Assembly: GCA_023246655.1 (NCBI GenBank)
Contig: JAHFHX010000002.1
Coordinates: 31,693 to 95,692 of the forward strand
DNA length: 64,000 bases
Direction: 5' to 3'
Origin: Candidatus Magasanikiibacteriota bacterium
GTDB taxonomy: Bacteria; Patescibacteriota; Patescibacteriia; Magasanikbacterales; GWA2-37-8
Below are positions 21,718-32,085 of this stretch, piece after piece. Numbering within the stretch: position 1 is the first letter of the stretch; each line of letters begins with the position of its first letter. The position numbers and the translations under genes were made by a program. The notes beneath the pieces are model-generated. The model did no database searches. It was not told the origin of the DNA and worked only from the letters and a program-made list of their open reading frames with translations.

Positions 21718-21799
21718 ATGTGCGAACGTACGAATGGTACGAAATTTACGAAAGCTTCGTCTCTTTCGTATTTTTCGTAATTTCGCACATAATTTCGAC
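21718..21799. repeat. Inverted array of TACGAA-type repeats in groES leader
   Basis: tacgaa units followed by ttcgta units. Confidence 0.7.
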
Positions 21800-21801
21800 C
21801 T

Positions 21802-21828
21802 TTATCACTCTTATTATTTGAGTGCTAA
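21802..21828. promoter_or_regulatory. CIRCE element (HrcA operator)
   Basis: TTATCACTC-N9-GAGTGCTAA, one mismatch to consensus, upstream of groES. Confidence 0.9.
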
Positions 21829-21966
21829 TGCGTATGCATTTTACTCTAAAATCAAAAACTGTCAAGAGAGCTCTTGAGTAAATTTATCCACAAGAAAATT
21901 TCGCTCAAAATATTGTTTTATGAGCCCAAAGCTGCTATGCTGATAATACTTATTTCCTCCATATTT

Positions 21967-22467
21967 ATGGACCGACACCCTGCACTACAACTTGAAAAAA
22001 CTGAGGCTGAGCACCATTTAGAATATGAAAGATGCTGGCAAAAATTAGTAACTGCTGCCCAAGAAGAGCGTCAGCATAGTGAATCGCATCGTAGCTTTAA
22101 GGTTGGTTGTGCAATGCTCGCCTGGAATGGAAAACGATATGAAATTTTTGCTGGGTCCAACTTTAAACCTCATAAAAACGACAAAACTGTCTGCGCAGAA
22201 AAAGAAGCGCTGAGGAAAATTCGTGAAAATGGTTTTGAACGGGTGATAGCGATTGTAGTTGTTTCCCAACACTCTCATACTGAGCCAACCCAAGAAGACT
22301 CAACCAAAACTCTGTCTCCGTGTGCGGAATGTCAACAGATGTTTCGAGACGCTCAGGAAATTAAACCGACCACAATACTTACTACCATCAACGATTCGAA
22401 CATGGACACTGCAAATCAGAGTGGTGGTATTATTCAAGAACGGACCGTGGCTGATGTAATAAAGTAG
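21967..22467 (+). CDS. Cytidine deaminase-like protein
   Basis: FKVGCA, GSN, CAE, SPCAEC zinc motifs. Confidence 0.8.
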   Translation: MDRHPALQLEKTEAEHHLEYERCWQKLVTAAQEERQHSESHRSFKVGCAMLAWNGKRYEIFAGSNFKPHKNDKTVCAEKEALRKIRENGFERVIAIVVVSQHSHTEPTQEDSTKTLSPCAECQQMFRDAQEIKPTTILTTINDSNMDTANQSGGIIQERTVADVIK

Positions 22468-23881
22468 AGCTCAAAGTCATCGCGAGCACAACCGTCCCCA
22501 TTATATGCCCCACATACATACTCCAGAGCCAGTGGTCAAAAAGACCGAGGATGAAGATTGAAATTAAAATTGGAAGAAAGAAACGGTTATGTTTCCAAAG
22601 CGCAGTAGCGCAGTAAGATAGTAGCGCGGTAGCAACGATTAAACCAATGATGCCGAGCTCGGCGAGAATTAGTAGATATATATTATGAATCGGCTGATAC
22701 TGCCATACGGGCAGTTTTTTGTTTTCTGAATAAAGAGCGTATGTATAGGCACCGGGGCCGACGCCAAGGAGCGGATGCGTTGTAATTATTTTTTTAAAAT
22801 TATGATATTGCTGGATGCGAGATGCTAGTGACATGTGTTCGAGACGGCCAAGGCTTTCCGTGCGGACGAGAAAGAGGGGTTTGAGAGCAAGAAATAAAAC
22901 GACGACTACGGCGGCGGAAAATAAGAGTGGACGAACCAACCCCCCCCCTTCATCCCTCCCCTTGTTGGGGAGGGCAACGTTCTCGTGCGGTTCTCCTACC
23001 CCTATCCCGCCGCAGCGGGACCCCGCCTCGATGGCGGTGGTAAGGGGGAGGGCGCAGGAGGGGGTTTTGTTGCGCCTCATTACAACTAACAACGTAATGA
23101 TCCCTACTACTACAGTTATCCACGCCGCCCGAGAGAATGATAACAGCAAGCCTGCTGTGACGAATAACTGGCTGACTATGAGGCCAACGCGTTTCCAGCT
23201 AGGCGGAGTTTTAAGATACACGATCAACCCAACGAGAAAAATAATCGCTAAAAATCCTCCCAAAATATTTGGTGATCCAAAACTACCGTAAGCCCGGAGC
23301 CAACGTTGATCACCAACCTCAATGACAAACGTGCCGAGTTCTTGCGCGGTGTGCGGGGCGATTCCCGAAAATGGGAGGTGAGAAATTGATTGAGTAAAAA
23401 ATTGCCAACATGCGAGGAGACCTTGCACGACACCGCCGAGCCAGAATGCGAAGAGAAGCGACGAAACGTTTCCCCTCTCCCCCGGGGAGAGGGACGGAGG
23501 GTGAGGGTTCGCCGTTCGCATCAACATAACACACAAACACGCCGCCCCAATTAATCGAAAAACAAAATTAAATGAAACACTTGGACTCAAACTATGAAAA
23601 ATTTCCAATATCAAATATCCAATAACTAATATCCCAATTGCTACATTTCGCTTATTCCCCTGCCCTGCTTTGACGCGTTGCCAAAATTCTTTTTGTCGGA
23701 ATAAATCGATCGCCGACAAGATGATAATTATCCAGAGCAGAATTTCTGTCGCGTACCAACTTCCACTTCCATATTCCCAAAATCCACTGTTTAAAAAACG
23801 TGGCTCATAGACGAAGCGGGTTTGCCATGGCAAGAGAAACAGAAACAGTATCAATAAATATTGGATTATTTTTTTGAGCAT
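22430..23881 (-). CDS. O-antigen ligase family membrane protein with two in-frame repeat insertions
   Basis: RAYGSFGSPN, SFSRAAW, HPLLGVGPG, HNIYL. Confidence 0.88.
   Translation of the reverse strand: MLKKIIQYLLILFLFLLPWQTRFVYEPRFLNSGFWEYGSGSWYATEILLWIIIILSAIDLFRQKEFWQRVKAGQGNKRNVAIGILVIGYLILEIFHSLSPSVSFNFVFRLIGAACLCVMLMRTANPHPPSLSPGERGNVSSLLFAFWLGGVVQGLLACWQFFTQSISHLPFSGIAPHTAQELGTFVIEVGDQRWLRAYGSFGSPNILGGFLAIIFLVGLIVYLKTPPSWKRVGLIVSQLFVTAGLLLSFSRAAWITVVVGIITLLVVMRRNKTPSCALPLTTAIEAGSRCGGIGVGEPHENVALPNKGRDEGGGLVRPLLFSAAVVVVLFLALKPLFLVRTESLGRLEHMSLASRIQQYHNFKKIITTHPLLGVGPGAYTYALYSENKKLPVWQYQPIHNIYLLILAELGIIGLIVATALLSYCATALWKHNRFFLPILISIFILGLFDHWLWSMYVGHIMGTVVLAMTLSSTLLHQPRSVLE
22938..23068. 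repeat. Family B element, in frame in O-antigen ligase
   Basis: CCCTCCCCTTGTTGGGGAGGG ... AAGGGGGAGGGCGCAGGAGGGGG. Confidence 0.85.
23471..23509. repeat. Family B half element, in frame
   Basis: TCCCCTCTCCCCCGGGGAGAGGGACGGAGGGTGAGGG. Confidence 0.85.
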
Positions 23882-23904
23882 AGATTTGGGCGGGCGCTCC
23901 CAAC

Positions 23905-24012
23905 TGTCATTTCGACTGAAAGGAGAAATCTTTCGAAGTGCTGATCTTGAAATTTATAAATAATACTAAAATTGCCTCTCCGAAAGATCTCTCACGTTCG
24001 TTCGAGATGACA
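23905..24012. repeat. Family A variant overlapping a gene 3' end
   Basis: TGTCATTTCGA...GAGAAATCT / AGATCTCTC...TCGAGATGACA. Confidence 0.85.
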
Positions 24013-25072
24013 ATTGTTGTATTTTCTCTAACCACTTATTTCTAATCGCAAGCCTTGTGTCATTCTCATGAAATTTTAATACCCCGTCCGCGATGACGAC
24101 TCCGTGGTCGTTTCGCTTGGCTTTTTCTTTAAGCGAAAATTTCATTTTCGTCAGTTGTAATTTTTTGGCTTCATTTTCAACTACATTACCATAACTCCCC
24201 TGCCACATTGCTTCCCAGGCACGTTTCCAGAGGCGACCGAGCCGAGTGTCAGCAACATTATTCTTGTCATTTCGAACACGTTCACTGCGTTCAGTGTAAA
24301 CTCCGTGAGAAATCTCTGGCTCACTCGACGACGGACAGAGATTTCTCCCGCCAGAGGCGGGTAGGCGTCGCGCTGTGTCCGCCTTTGGCGGAAGGCTCGC
24401 TCGGAATGACAAATTGGGTAAATATCGTTCTACCCATCGATTGGCCTGTAGAAATTTTTCATAATAATTTTCCGGATCATACACCGGCGTCATCATATTA
24501 AGCCAATAGGCAAAGTGGATGTCATCATCAGCGATTCTCCATGGAGCCAAATTGAGATGATCGATATCCACATAGAATGAGAGACAAATTCGATCAGCTT
24601 GATGTGCACCGTATGTCCTAAGACCAAACAGGCGTAAAATGAGATTAGTAAAAAACCGCACAATCCAAATTCGATTTTTATCACTCACTATAAAAAAATC
24701 AATATCACTCTCAGCTCGGGCCATAGCCGCACCAACGGAATTACAAACAAAAATTGCTTTGAGAAATGGTACAGAACGAATGAATTTAACAGCGCGGCGG
24801 GCAATAATTAATTTTTGGTCGGTAATTTCTGCGGCGCGTTGACGCTCAGCAATTAAATTCTCACGGCCGGGGAGAAAATAGTAACCACAGCCGAGTTTGT
24901 AGTTCATAGCTTTTAGTTCATAATTTGTCTCACCACAAGTGCTCATAAATTCTGCATGACCTATTCTGGGCGGCGTCCATAAATAGCAAAACAGCTCCTC
25001 GTGCATCAAAGGGAAATTAATAAGATCAAAATAAGTTAACGTTTTTACTATTGATTGATCTAATGGTTTCAT
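23966..25072 (-). CDS. Nucleotidyltransferase-domain protein with in-frame repeat insertion
   Basis: CNSV...ESDIDFFIV motif. Confidence 0.7.
   Translation of the reverse strand: MKPLDQSIVKTLTYFDLINFPLMHEELFCYLWTPPRIGHAEFMSTCGETNYELKAMNYKLGCGYYFLPGRENLIAERQRAAEITDQKLIIARRAVKFIRSVPFLKAIFVCNSVGAAMARAESDIDFFIVSDKNRIWIVRFFTNLILRLFGLRTYGAHQADRICLSFYVDIDHLNLAPWRIADDDIHFAYWLNMMTPVYDPENYYEKFLQANRWVERYLPNLSFRASLPPKADTARRLPASGGRNLCPSSSEPEISHGVYTERSERVRNDKNNVADTRLGRLWKRAWEAMWQGSYGNVVENEAKKLQLTKMKFSLKEKAKRNDHGVVIADGVLKFHENDTRLAIRNKWLEKIQQLSSRTNVRDLSERQF
24265..24411. repeat. Family A variant (147 bp), in frame
   Basis: TGTCATTTCGAAC...CTCGGAATGACA with nested hairpins. Confidence 0.9.
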
Positions 25073-25129
25073 AGTTCCTTATCAGTATACTGTACTGAGA
25101 AAATTAAAAAAAGCCCTGCAAGGGCTTCT

Positions 25130-25930
25130 TTAGTTTGAGAGCGATTCAGCACTCTTAACCGCCACATTTGATTCCTTTCCCGTAGTGTCCTTCTTCGGTA
25201 TGTGTTCGGCAGGTTGAACATTATACAGAAAAGCCATTCTCACCCCACCTAATTCAGTTTGGAATCCTTCGCAAGTTGATAAAGCGATAACGCGATGCTG
25301 ATTTTCTTTAAATAATTTCTCTATTTCTCCGCCTTTATGGGGCGTGACTACAAAACAATACTCGGTTCCAATATTGGTTGGATCAGTATGAATAGGACTA
25401 CGATTGAGTTGCTCACCTTTGAGTTCAGTTTGATGACGATTGATAATGTATTTTCCGGCTTGCTGCGGTTCCAATACAAATATTTCCGGCGTTTTGCTTA
25501 GAATGCCCGAATAAATGGCATCGTACAGCTTATTTAAGAATTCCAATTCACCCCGAACCGAGAATGACGTCTCAAGCACCGCCTGCCGCGCGGGCTCACC
25601 AATATTCTGCACTATCTGCTGTTCACTCGCTCCGCCCTTTGGTAAATTTTCAGCCACTTTGGATTCACGGTGTTCAACAACGAGCTTAACCGCTCCGGCA
25701 ATCCAAGAAATATCTTTACTTGTTATCGGTCGCACTCCTACCTCGTCAATGACATTCATTGTTCCGCCTTCTTTGCCAATAAAGGCTTTCCAATTTCCAA
25801 AGATATCAAGAAAAGCAGCTTCCTGTTCTTCTAATGAAGAACGATGCTCGGCGGTTTCTTTTTCTCCTATTATGTCTTTTTGCCTTTCTAAAGATCGGCT
25901 GGCCGAATCAATGCTATGTGCGAGTGACAT
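25130..25930 (-). CDS. Hypothetical protein
   Basis: 266-aa ORF, no recognisable motif. Confidence 0.65.
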   Translation of the reverse strand: MSLAHSIDSASRSLERQKDIIGEKETAEHRSSLEEQEAAFLDIFGNWKAFIGKEGGTMNVIDEVGVRPITSKDISWIAGAVKLVVEHRESKVAENLPKGGASEQQIVQNIGEPARQAVLETSFSVRGELEFLNKLYDAIYSGILSKTPEIFVLEPQQAGKYIINRHQTELKGEQLNRSPIHTDPTNIGTEYCFVVTPHKGGEIEKLFKENQHRVIALSTCEGFQTELGGVRMAFLYNVQPAEHIPKKDTTGKESNVAVKSAESLSN

Positions 25931-25971
25931 ACGAACAATATACCATAAAGGAATTTACTCCTAGCTGCTCC

Positions 25972-26739
25972 TTATTTAACTATTTCTCCTTCAATTACTG
26001 TGCCACTTGATGGCGGAGTGTGAGTAGATTTTTTAGTAATGATAAGTTGTTGCAGCACCATGAGTGCCGTACTCAAAAACCAATAGAGCGTCAGCCCTGC
26101 CGGAAATCTAATACCAATAATAGCGGTCATAACTGGCATCATATACAGCATTTGCTTGTTCATCATGGCCGCCATGCCTTCGTCTTTTCCGCCTTCACCC
26201 GCTTCCTTCGGTGGCTGTTTTCGACTTAAGGTCTTAGCTTGGAAGAATTGGGCCACACCAGCGAGTAGTGCCAACACAATGCTGGGTTTAGCTAAATTAA
26301 TAAATCCGAGTGACATGGCATTAATAGTACCAGGGTTATGCACAAATGAGTATAGGTTCTCGCCTAACTTATTGGAGGCAAGCCCATCTCGGAGAACCCA
26401 AAAAAGAGCCAGGAGAATAGGAAGTTGAATAAGCATGGGCAGACAGGAACTCAGTGGGTTAATTTTATGCTTTTTATACAATTCCATTGTGGCTTGGGCC
26501 TGCTTTTGTTTATCATTGACGTATTCTTTTTGAATGTGCTGGAGCTTTGGCTGAAGCTCAGCCATGGATTTTTGGGCTCTGATGGAAGAGTTAGTTAGTG
26601 GATATAAGACAAGCCGTATCAACACCGTCACCACAAAAATTACTATACCCACATCGTGACCAGGAAGAATGTTGTACAACTCAACAAAAAGATTGAAGAT
26701 GGGCTTATAGAGAACGAGATGGAAGAGAGAAGAGATCAT
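25972..26739 (-). CDS. yidC: Membrane protein insertase YidC/Oxa1
   Basis: LQPKLQ, NPLSSCLPMLIQLPI, PAGLTLYW. Confidence 0.95.
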   Translation of the reverse strand: MISSLFHLVLYKPIFNLFVELYNILPGHDVGIVIFVVTVLIRLVLYPLTNSSIRAQKSMAELQPKLQHIQKEYVNDKQKQAQATMELYKKHKINPLSSCLPMLIQLPILLALFWVLRDGLASNKLGENLYSFVHNPGTINAMSLGFINLAKPSIVLALLAGVAQFFQAKTLSRKQPPKEAGEGGKDEGMAAMMNKQMLYMMPVMTAIIGIRFPAGLTLYWFLSTALMVLQQLIITKKSTHTPPSSGTVIEGEIVK

Positions 26740-26741
26740 AA

Positions 26742-26860
26742 CGAAAAAATGACAAATAACAAATTTCAAATGTCAAATAAAATTCAAAATCCAAAAATCA
26801 AATTTTGACATTTGAGTTTTGGGCTTGATTTGATATTTGTCATTTGGATTTTTGGAATTA
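26742..26860. repeat. Inverted array of 7-nt repeats (CAAAT / ATTTG)
   Basis: aaatgacaaat..caaatgtcaaat / tttgacatttg..atttgtcatttg. Confidence 0.75.
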
Positions 26861-28072
26861 AACTTCAGTTTTAGGTGTTTCCTCGGCTGGCACTGCAACT
26901 TCTTCAATAGCTGCCGCTTCTGCCTCCTGGGCAGGCGCTCCCTCTTGCGCCACGTTGAGTTTCCATCCGGTAAGTTCGGAAGCGAGGCGGACATTTTGAC
27001 CACCCCGGCCAATGGCGAGGGAGTATTGCTCAGGAGCAACCAAGACGCGCGCAGTTTTTTCCGTTTCATTGAGCTCAACCTTCAGTACTTTTGCCGGCGA
27101 CAGAGCTTTGCTAATATACCCAGCGGCGTCGTCAGTATATTGGATTACATCAATTTTCTCGCCTCCCAGCTCGGTGATGATTGTGGTGATGCGACTACCG
27201 CGCTGCCCGATGCATGAGCCAATGGGGTCGATGGATTCATCACTGGTTGCCACCGCCACTTTGGAACGGAAGCCAGCGTCGCGTGCAATACCTTTAATTT
27301 CAATACGACCGTCGGCGACCTCGGGAATTTCTTCGGCAAAAATAGCTTTAACCATACCAGGGTGAGCACGGGACAAAATAATTTCTGGACCACGACTGCT
27401 CATTTCCACCGACACCACATACATTTTCATTCGTGCGCCCGGGCGATATCGTTCGGTATGAATTTGATGATCAGAGGGCATGATGCCAGTAATTTTACCC
27501 AGGTCAACTAAAACTTTCCGTCCTTCTACTCGTTGGATGGTCCCCATGATAACTTGGCCTTCTTGTGCTTTGAAATCACCAAACACCATGTTCCGTTCAG
27601 CCTCGCGAATTTTTTGGATAATAACTTGTTTGGCAGTCTGAGCGGCCATACGACCAAACTCGTGGGTAATTTCGAGCGGCATTTCTAAAACATCCCCGAG
27701 TTTGGCTTTTTTATTAAACGCAATAGCTCCTGCCAGCATCAACTCCAATTTTGGATTAAATCGTGGCAAATCCGCCGTTTCCTCATCAGTTAGTTCGCGC
27801 TCCTCCTCACGCGCTTTTTCTCGACGGACAGCTAATTCTTCCTGGGCTTTCTCCAGTACCTCCGGATCGATATCTGCCACCACGGTCTTAACATCCCAAG
27901 CTTGCATATCTCCTGTTTCCGGATCGAATTTAACTTTAATATTCTGCTGCTTGTTGCCAAAATCTTTACGGTATGCAGCCGCGAGCGCTGCTTCGATGGT
28001 TTCCATTACAGCCTCATACGATAAATTTTTTTCATCGCAGAGTGCTTGGATAGCTTTGGTGATCTCGGACAT
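26858..28072 (-). CDS. nusA: Transcription termination factor NusA
   Basis: FGRMAAQTAKQVIIQKIREAER, DPIGSCIGQRG, SLAIGRGGQNVRLA. Confidence 0.98.
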   Translation of the reverse strand: MSEITKAIQALCDEKNLSYEAVMETIEAALAAAYRKDFGNKQQNIKVKFDPETGDMQAWDVKTVVADIDPEVLEKAQEELAVRREKAREEERELTDEETADLPRFNPKLELMLAGAIAFNKKAKLGDVLEMPLEITHEFGRMAAQTAKQVIIQKIREAERNMVFGDFKAQEGQVIMGTIQRVEGRKVLVDLGKITGIMPSDHQIHTERYRPGARMKMYVVSVEMSSRGPEIILSRAHPGMVKAIFAEEIPEVADGRIEIKGIARDAGFRSKVAVATSDESIDPIGSCIGQRGSRITTIITELGGEKIDVIQYTDDAAGYISKALSPAKVLKVELNETEKTARVLVAPEQYSLAIGRGGQNVRLASELTGWKLNVAQEGAPAQEAEAAAIEEVAVPAEETPKTEV

Positions 28073-28344
28073 AACGTTAAGTGAAAAAATTAAAAATCAA
28101 AAAGAAAAATTATGGAGCCTGCCCACTGGCAGACAAATCGCTATGCAACAGTATTATAATCGATTTGCCAAGCAAACACAATTATTTTACATTTTGAATT
28201 TTTCTTTTTGATTCTTTATTAAGAAAGAGCACTCTTTTCAAAGTGCTCATGTTGCTTATCAATGATATCATGCATTCATTGTTCTTGTCAAGAACGTTTA
28301 ACAAGGATGACATACGGGTTATTTTTGAAATTGACGTAGCGGGA

Positions 28345-28983
28345 TTAAGTGGTTTGGGATGTTTCCAAATTCTTTCTATTTATCTGTGTTTGTTCAGGTT
28401 CTCTCATAATACCAAGATCGGCTAGATCAATGTGCCGTCGTCCCAGACGTTCTGCTAATTTGTTGCGGCCATGAAATAATCTAGACATAACTGTACCAAG
28501 TGGTATATCAAGCTTTTCAGCAATCTCCTTATATGAATTGCCGGCGGCTAATAAGCTTACCACCTCACGGAGAGCAGGTTTTAATGCACTGATTGCTGTA
28601 ATTATTTCTTGCCGCAATAATAAATCAGAGCGATCCGTAGTTTTTTTATCCAACGTCCCAGCTAATACAAATTCAGGATCGTCAACATTAGAGCGATGCT
28701 TTTGCCTACGTAAATAATCTATGATTGCATTCTCAGCTATCCTATATAACCAAGTTTTCACCCCACTTCCTTGTCTAAATGATTCTCGGGCTTCAAGCGC
28801 TTTGATGGTGGTTTCCTGCGCGATATCCTTGGAAAACTGGCCGCTGCGATCCTCAATTCTGTATTTATGCACCATTGCCTTGATCCTGCGCAAAAGTTCG
28901 GGAAATTCCTGGGCAATGGCCTCTGCGGACAATTGCTCCGGAGCTGAGACAGCAATATCGCTAATGGCTGGTCTTTCTAACAT
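28345..28983 (-). CDS. ECF RNA polymerase sigma factor
   Basis: DIAQET, TWLYRIAEN..IDYLR, SYKEIAEKLDIPLGTVMSRL. Confidence 0.92.
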   Translation of the reverse strand: MLERPAISDIAVSAPEQLSAEAIAQEFPELLRRIKAMVHKYRIEDRSGQFSKDIAQETTIKALEARESFRQGSGVKTWLYRIAENAIIDYLRRQKHRSNVDDPEFVLAGTLDKKTTDRSDLLLRQEIITAISALKPALREVVSLLAAGNSYKEIAEKLDIPLGTVMSRLFHGRNKLAERLGRRHIDLADLGIMREPEQTQINRKNLETSQTT

Positions 28984-29104
28984 ATAATTATTCCTCTTTA
29001 AATAGGTAACTAGACTTTCGACCCGGTCAATTATGTAATTATCATCAATACCTCCTAACTTGTCAAGATTACCAACTATAATATAACGCGATACTTTTAA
29101 ACTT

Positions 29105-29731
29105 TTAAATTTTACTCAATATCTTTAAAGGCGTTTTTCCAAAAATTTTTACCTTGTCTCCCACATCTAAAAATTTATACAATTTTTCGGCATTTTTGTA
29201 GGCAATGTTGACGCAACCATGGCTCATGGGACGCTTACCAAATTGGTTATGCCAATAGGCACCATGAAGATAGAACCCGGGCTTAAACTGAAGATTCCAT
29301 TTGGTATTGGGTAAATCATACCCTGGGCCAACATAATGAACGATCGGACGTTTCCTTTGAATGGAAAATTCGCCAATCGGAGTTGGGAGCTTGGAGATGC
29401 CACTTGAGATTGGAATCGTTCCAATTTTTACATTATTTAAAAAATAACTCATTTGTTGAGTCGCTAAATCAACTGCCACATAACGCGGGAGGCTGCGGTC
29501 ACGGTTGGCTTTTAGCGGATTGAAACCATTTTTAACTTCAATGCCGTCCGGATAGCCATCGGTGTCAGTATCGGAATTATGGGGGTCAGTGCCAAGCTGG
29601 GTTTCAATGGTATCGGAGAGACCGTCGTGATCGGAATCAAGTTCTTGAGCATGAGCAAAGAGAGGGCTTATCATCCAAATGGAAACAAATATATAAATAA
29701 TGACCTTTTTAAGCTGCATAATAATTTTCAA
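29105..29731 (-). CDS. L,D-transpeptidase (YkuD) with Ca-binding DxDxDG repeats
   Basis: Signal peptide; DSDHDGLSD; LHGAYWH...SHGCVN. Confidence 0.9.
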   Translation of the reverse strand: MKIIMQLKKVIIYIFVSIWMISPLFAHAQELDSDHDGLSDTIETQLGTDPHNSDTDTDGYPDGIEVKNGFNPLKANRDRSLPRYVAVDLATQQMSYFLNNVKIGTIPISSGISKLPTPIGEFSIQRKRPIVHYVGPGYDLPNTKWNLQFKPGFYLHGAYWHNQFGKRPMSHGCVNIAYKNAEKLYKFLDVGDKVKIFGKTPLKILSKI

Positions 29732-29801
29732 TTTTTAATTTACAATCAAGCACCAATGTTCCAATGATCAATTGAAAATTAAAAATTGTAAATTGAGAAT
29801 T
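29722..29801. repeat. Inverted 7-nt repeat array, same type as 3228-3340
   Basis: aattttcaatttttaatttacaat / attgaaaattaaaaattgtaaatt. Confidence 0.75.
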
Positions 29802-30788
29802 TCACTGCACTACTATATCACCAATCTGGTCCGTTCGCAAAATATCCGCCCCCGTGCGTTCGAGTCGCTTGAACACGCGGTGTGATGGATGGCCATATTT
29901 ATTTTTACCAACTGAGACGATGGCAGTTTTTGCCCGCACAATACTTAAAAATTCTTCACTGCTCCCCGAATCACTGCCATGGTGACCGACTTTGAGAGTG
30001 TCGGCGTGGAGGGCGGGGCAGGTGCCGACGCGCTCCCGCGCTCCCATTTGCGAGTCCTCCCCCTGCCCCCTCCCCTGCGGTGGAGGGGTGACGTTAGCTC
30101 CCCTCCCCACCGCAGGCCGTAGGTCCTCCGAGGAGGGTGGGAGGGTTAGGGAGAGGTCTGGCGTTGTCGTTCCACAATACTTCTCCATCAACACATCCTC
30201 CAACGGCACCTCCATATCGCCCGTGAATAAAAATCTTTCATTTCCGTGCGTCAGTTTAAAAACAATGGAGTAGTTATTACTATCGGCCGCGGCAACGTCC
30301 AAGTGGAGCGCCGGGTCGGGTGAAATAAATTGGAGTGTATCGCTGGCAATCGTCCAAGTCGTGGGCGACGCCATCGTAATAATCTTAGCCCCCGCTTCCT
30401 CATGCATCATTTTATTCCATTCTTGCCAATACGGATCATATTTTTTCTCGTGCCCATTCACAATAATATTTTTTACATTGTAGCGTTGCAGCACATCAAC
30501 ACACCCACCGTAGTGGTCCAGGTCCGGATGGGTGGCAACCACATAATCAATAGTGCGATTGTAAAATGGCAAATGGCGACCGAGTGCACTGAGCACGATT
30601 TTATTCGGTCCACAGTCTACCAGCATCTTTTGTCCATTTTCAAACTTGATGAGCGCACTATCCCCTTGGCCGATGTTGAGGAAGTCGACTTCGAAGTGGT
30701 GGGGGCGGTGGGAATCAAAATAAACATACAGGAGCATCCCTCCCGCTAATATCAAGCTTAGAATAATAACTACAATAATTTTTTTCAT
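29802..30788 (-). CDS. ComEC/Rec2-type metallo-beta-lactamase-fold protein with in-frame insertion
   Basis: IGQGDS, THPDLDHYGG, FTGD, KVGHHGS, YGHP. Confidence 0.92.
   Translation of the reverse strand: MKKIIVVIILSLILAGGMLLYVYFDSHRPHHFEVDFLNIGQGDSALIKFENGQKMLVDCGPNKIVLSALGRHLPFYNRTIDYVVATHPDLDHYGGCVDVLQRYNVKNIIVNGHEKKYDPYWQEWNKMMHEEAGAKIITMASPTTWTIASDTLQFISPDPALHLDVAAADSNNYSIVFKLTHGNERFLFTGDMEVPLEDVLMEKYCGTTTPDLSLTLPPSSEDLRPAVGRGANVTPPPQGRGQGEDSQMGARERVGTCPALHADTLKVGHHGSDSGSSEEFLSIVRAKTAIVSVGKNKYGHPSHRVFKRLERTGADILRTDQIGDIVVQ
30015..30160. repeat. Family B insertion in MBL gene (boundaries approximate)
   Basis: Shares ~50 nt (CCGCAG.CCGTAGG.CCTCCGAGGAGGGTG...GAGAGGTC) with the dnaE insertion. 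Confidence 0.8.
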
Positions 30789-30863
30789 TGTTATTTTTTT
30801 GTAAAAAAATTATTGACAAACAAAAATCTTTATAGTACTGTCTACGACAGAGGAGGACCCCCC

Positions 30864-31298
30864 ATGAAAAAGCAGGCTCTTTTTTTCGTGGCCCATGATG
30901 ACCACTTAACTCGCTCTCTCATCAACGAGGGTCTCAAGCGCGCCTTCCCCGGGTGCGTTGTTCGCGAATTCAAAAGCGAGCGAGAGCTGCGCGAGCGGCT
31001 CTTTGAGCCGGGCATCACAGGCGTCATAATGGGCGCCTGCCTGCGCTGGTGCTTCCCCAGCGCGAACATGGCGATCCCGCCTGATCTGGCAGAGACGGGC
31101 TACGCCAAGGGAGCTGCTTGGCGCTGCTGGCAGATGCTCCGCGCGAACCCCGCCACGGCGCAAACGCCGTTGCTTGTGTGGGAGTTTTCGACCCTCATGT
31201 TCCGGGCAACCCCACCCGAAGACCGCGCGACGACGTACCTCGACTACAGAGTTGAGTGTCTGCTTGAGGCCATCTCGATCTCGTCCGCCCCGCTCTAA
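30864..31298 (+). CDS. GC-rich degenerate receiver-domain-like protein
   Basis: FVAHDD start, LRANPATAQTPLLV; GAGGAGG SD; TTGACA at 30814. Confidence 0.6.
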   Translation: MKKQALFFVAHDDHLTRSLINEGLKRAFPGCVVREFKSERELRERLFEPGITGVIMGACLRWCFPSANMAIPPDLAETGYAKGAAWRCWQMLRANPATAQTPLLVWEFSTLMFRATPPEDRATTYLDYRVECLLEAISISSAPL

Positions 31299-31471
31299 AA
31301 ATTCTCTCCGAATACGTGCTCGTGCGAGGCGTATTCGACAGATAGACACGCAAGCAAGCAACCCCACTCGCACCAATGCAAAAACAGCTTTTTATAAGGC
31401 TGTTTTTGTTTTAAACAATTAAAAAAATGAAAAGATAAAAATTACAATTCAAAATTTTATATTTTGCTCTT

Positions 31472-32083
31472 TTATTTTTTAACTACAAGTATCTGATTCA
31501 CCTGCACCTCATTCTCTTTTACAAAAATCTCTTCTTCAATTCCAAACGCCAACGACTCTAAAACTTCCCGAATACGCTCTGGCCGATGATAAAATGATTC
31601 AATAATAATTTCTCCATCTTTTGTTTTGACGAGCGGCGGGGTTTTTTGATTAATATTGGTGACGACGAATAATCCCCCATCTTTGAGCACACGGTAGACT
31701 TCATCAAAAAATTTTGTTGTATCTTTCAAGTGGACGACGAGAAACGCGGCGGCTACGATATCGAACGTTTCTTTTTCAAACGGCAAGTTTTCGGCGTCGC
31801 CAATAACTGTTTCGATCCTAATCTCAGTCTTAATCTTAATTTTCTTCAACATCTCTTCAGATATATCCAACGCCGTAACTTTCGCCCCACGTTTCGCCAA
31901 CGCCAAACTCAACCGTCCCGTCCCGGCACCAATATCCAATATCTTAATATCTCTAATATCTCCGAGTAACGGCAATAATCTCCCCTGCTCAAAACTATTT
32001 AAATATTTTTCTTTTTCGTCGTAAAACTCCGCGGCGAGGTTGTAGCCGGCTTCGGAGTTTAGGATTTTTATTTTCTTTTTCAT
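31472..32083 (-). CDS. Class I SAM-dependent methyltransferase
   Basis: ILDIGAGTG, GDAENLPF, RVLKDGG. Confidence 0.9.
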   Translation of the reverse strand: MKKKIKILNSEAGYNLAAEFYDEKEKYLNSFEQGRLLPLLGDIRDIKILDIGAGTGRLSLALAKRGAKVTALDISEEMLKKIKIKTEIRIETVIGDAENLPFEKETFDIVAAAFLVVHLKDTTKFFDEVYRVLKDGGLFVVTNINQKTPPLVKTKDGEIIIESFYHRPERIREVLESLAFGIEEEIFVKENEVQVNQILVVKK

Positions 32084-32085
32084 AT

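Noticed and set aside
28227-28248. Second CIRCE-like palindrome
   Set aside because: Spacer and flanks do not fit TTAGCACTC-N9-GAGTGCTAA; probably a simple hairpin.
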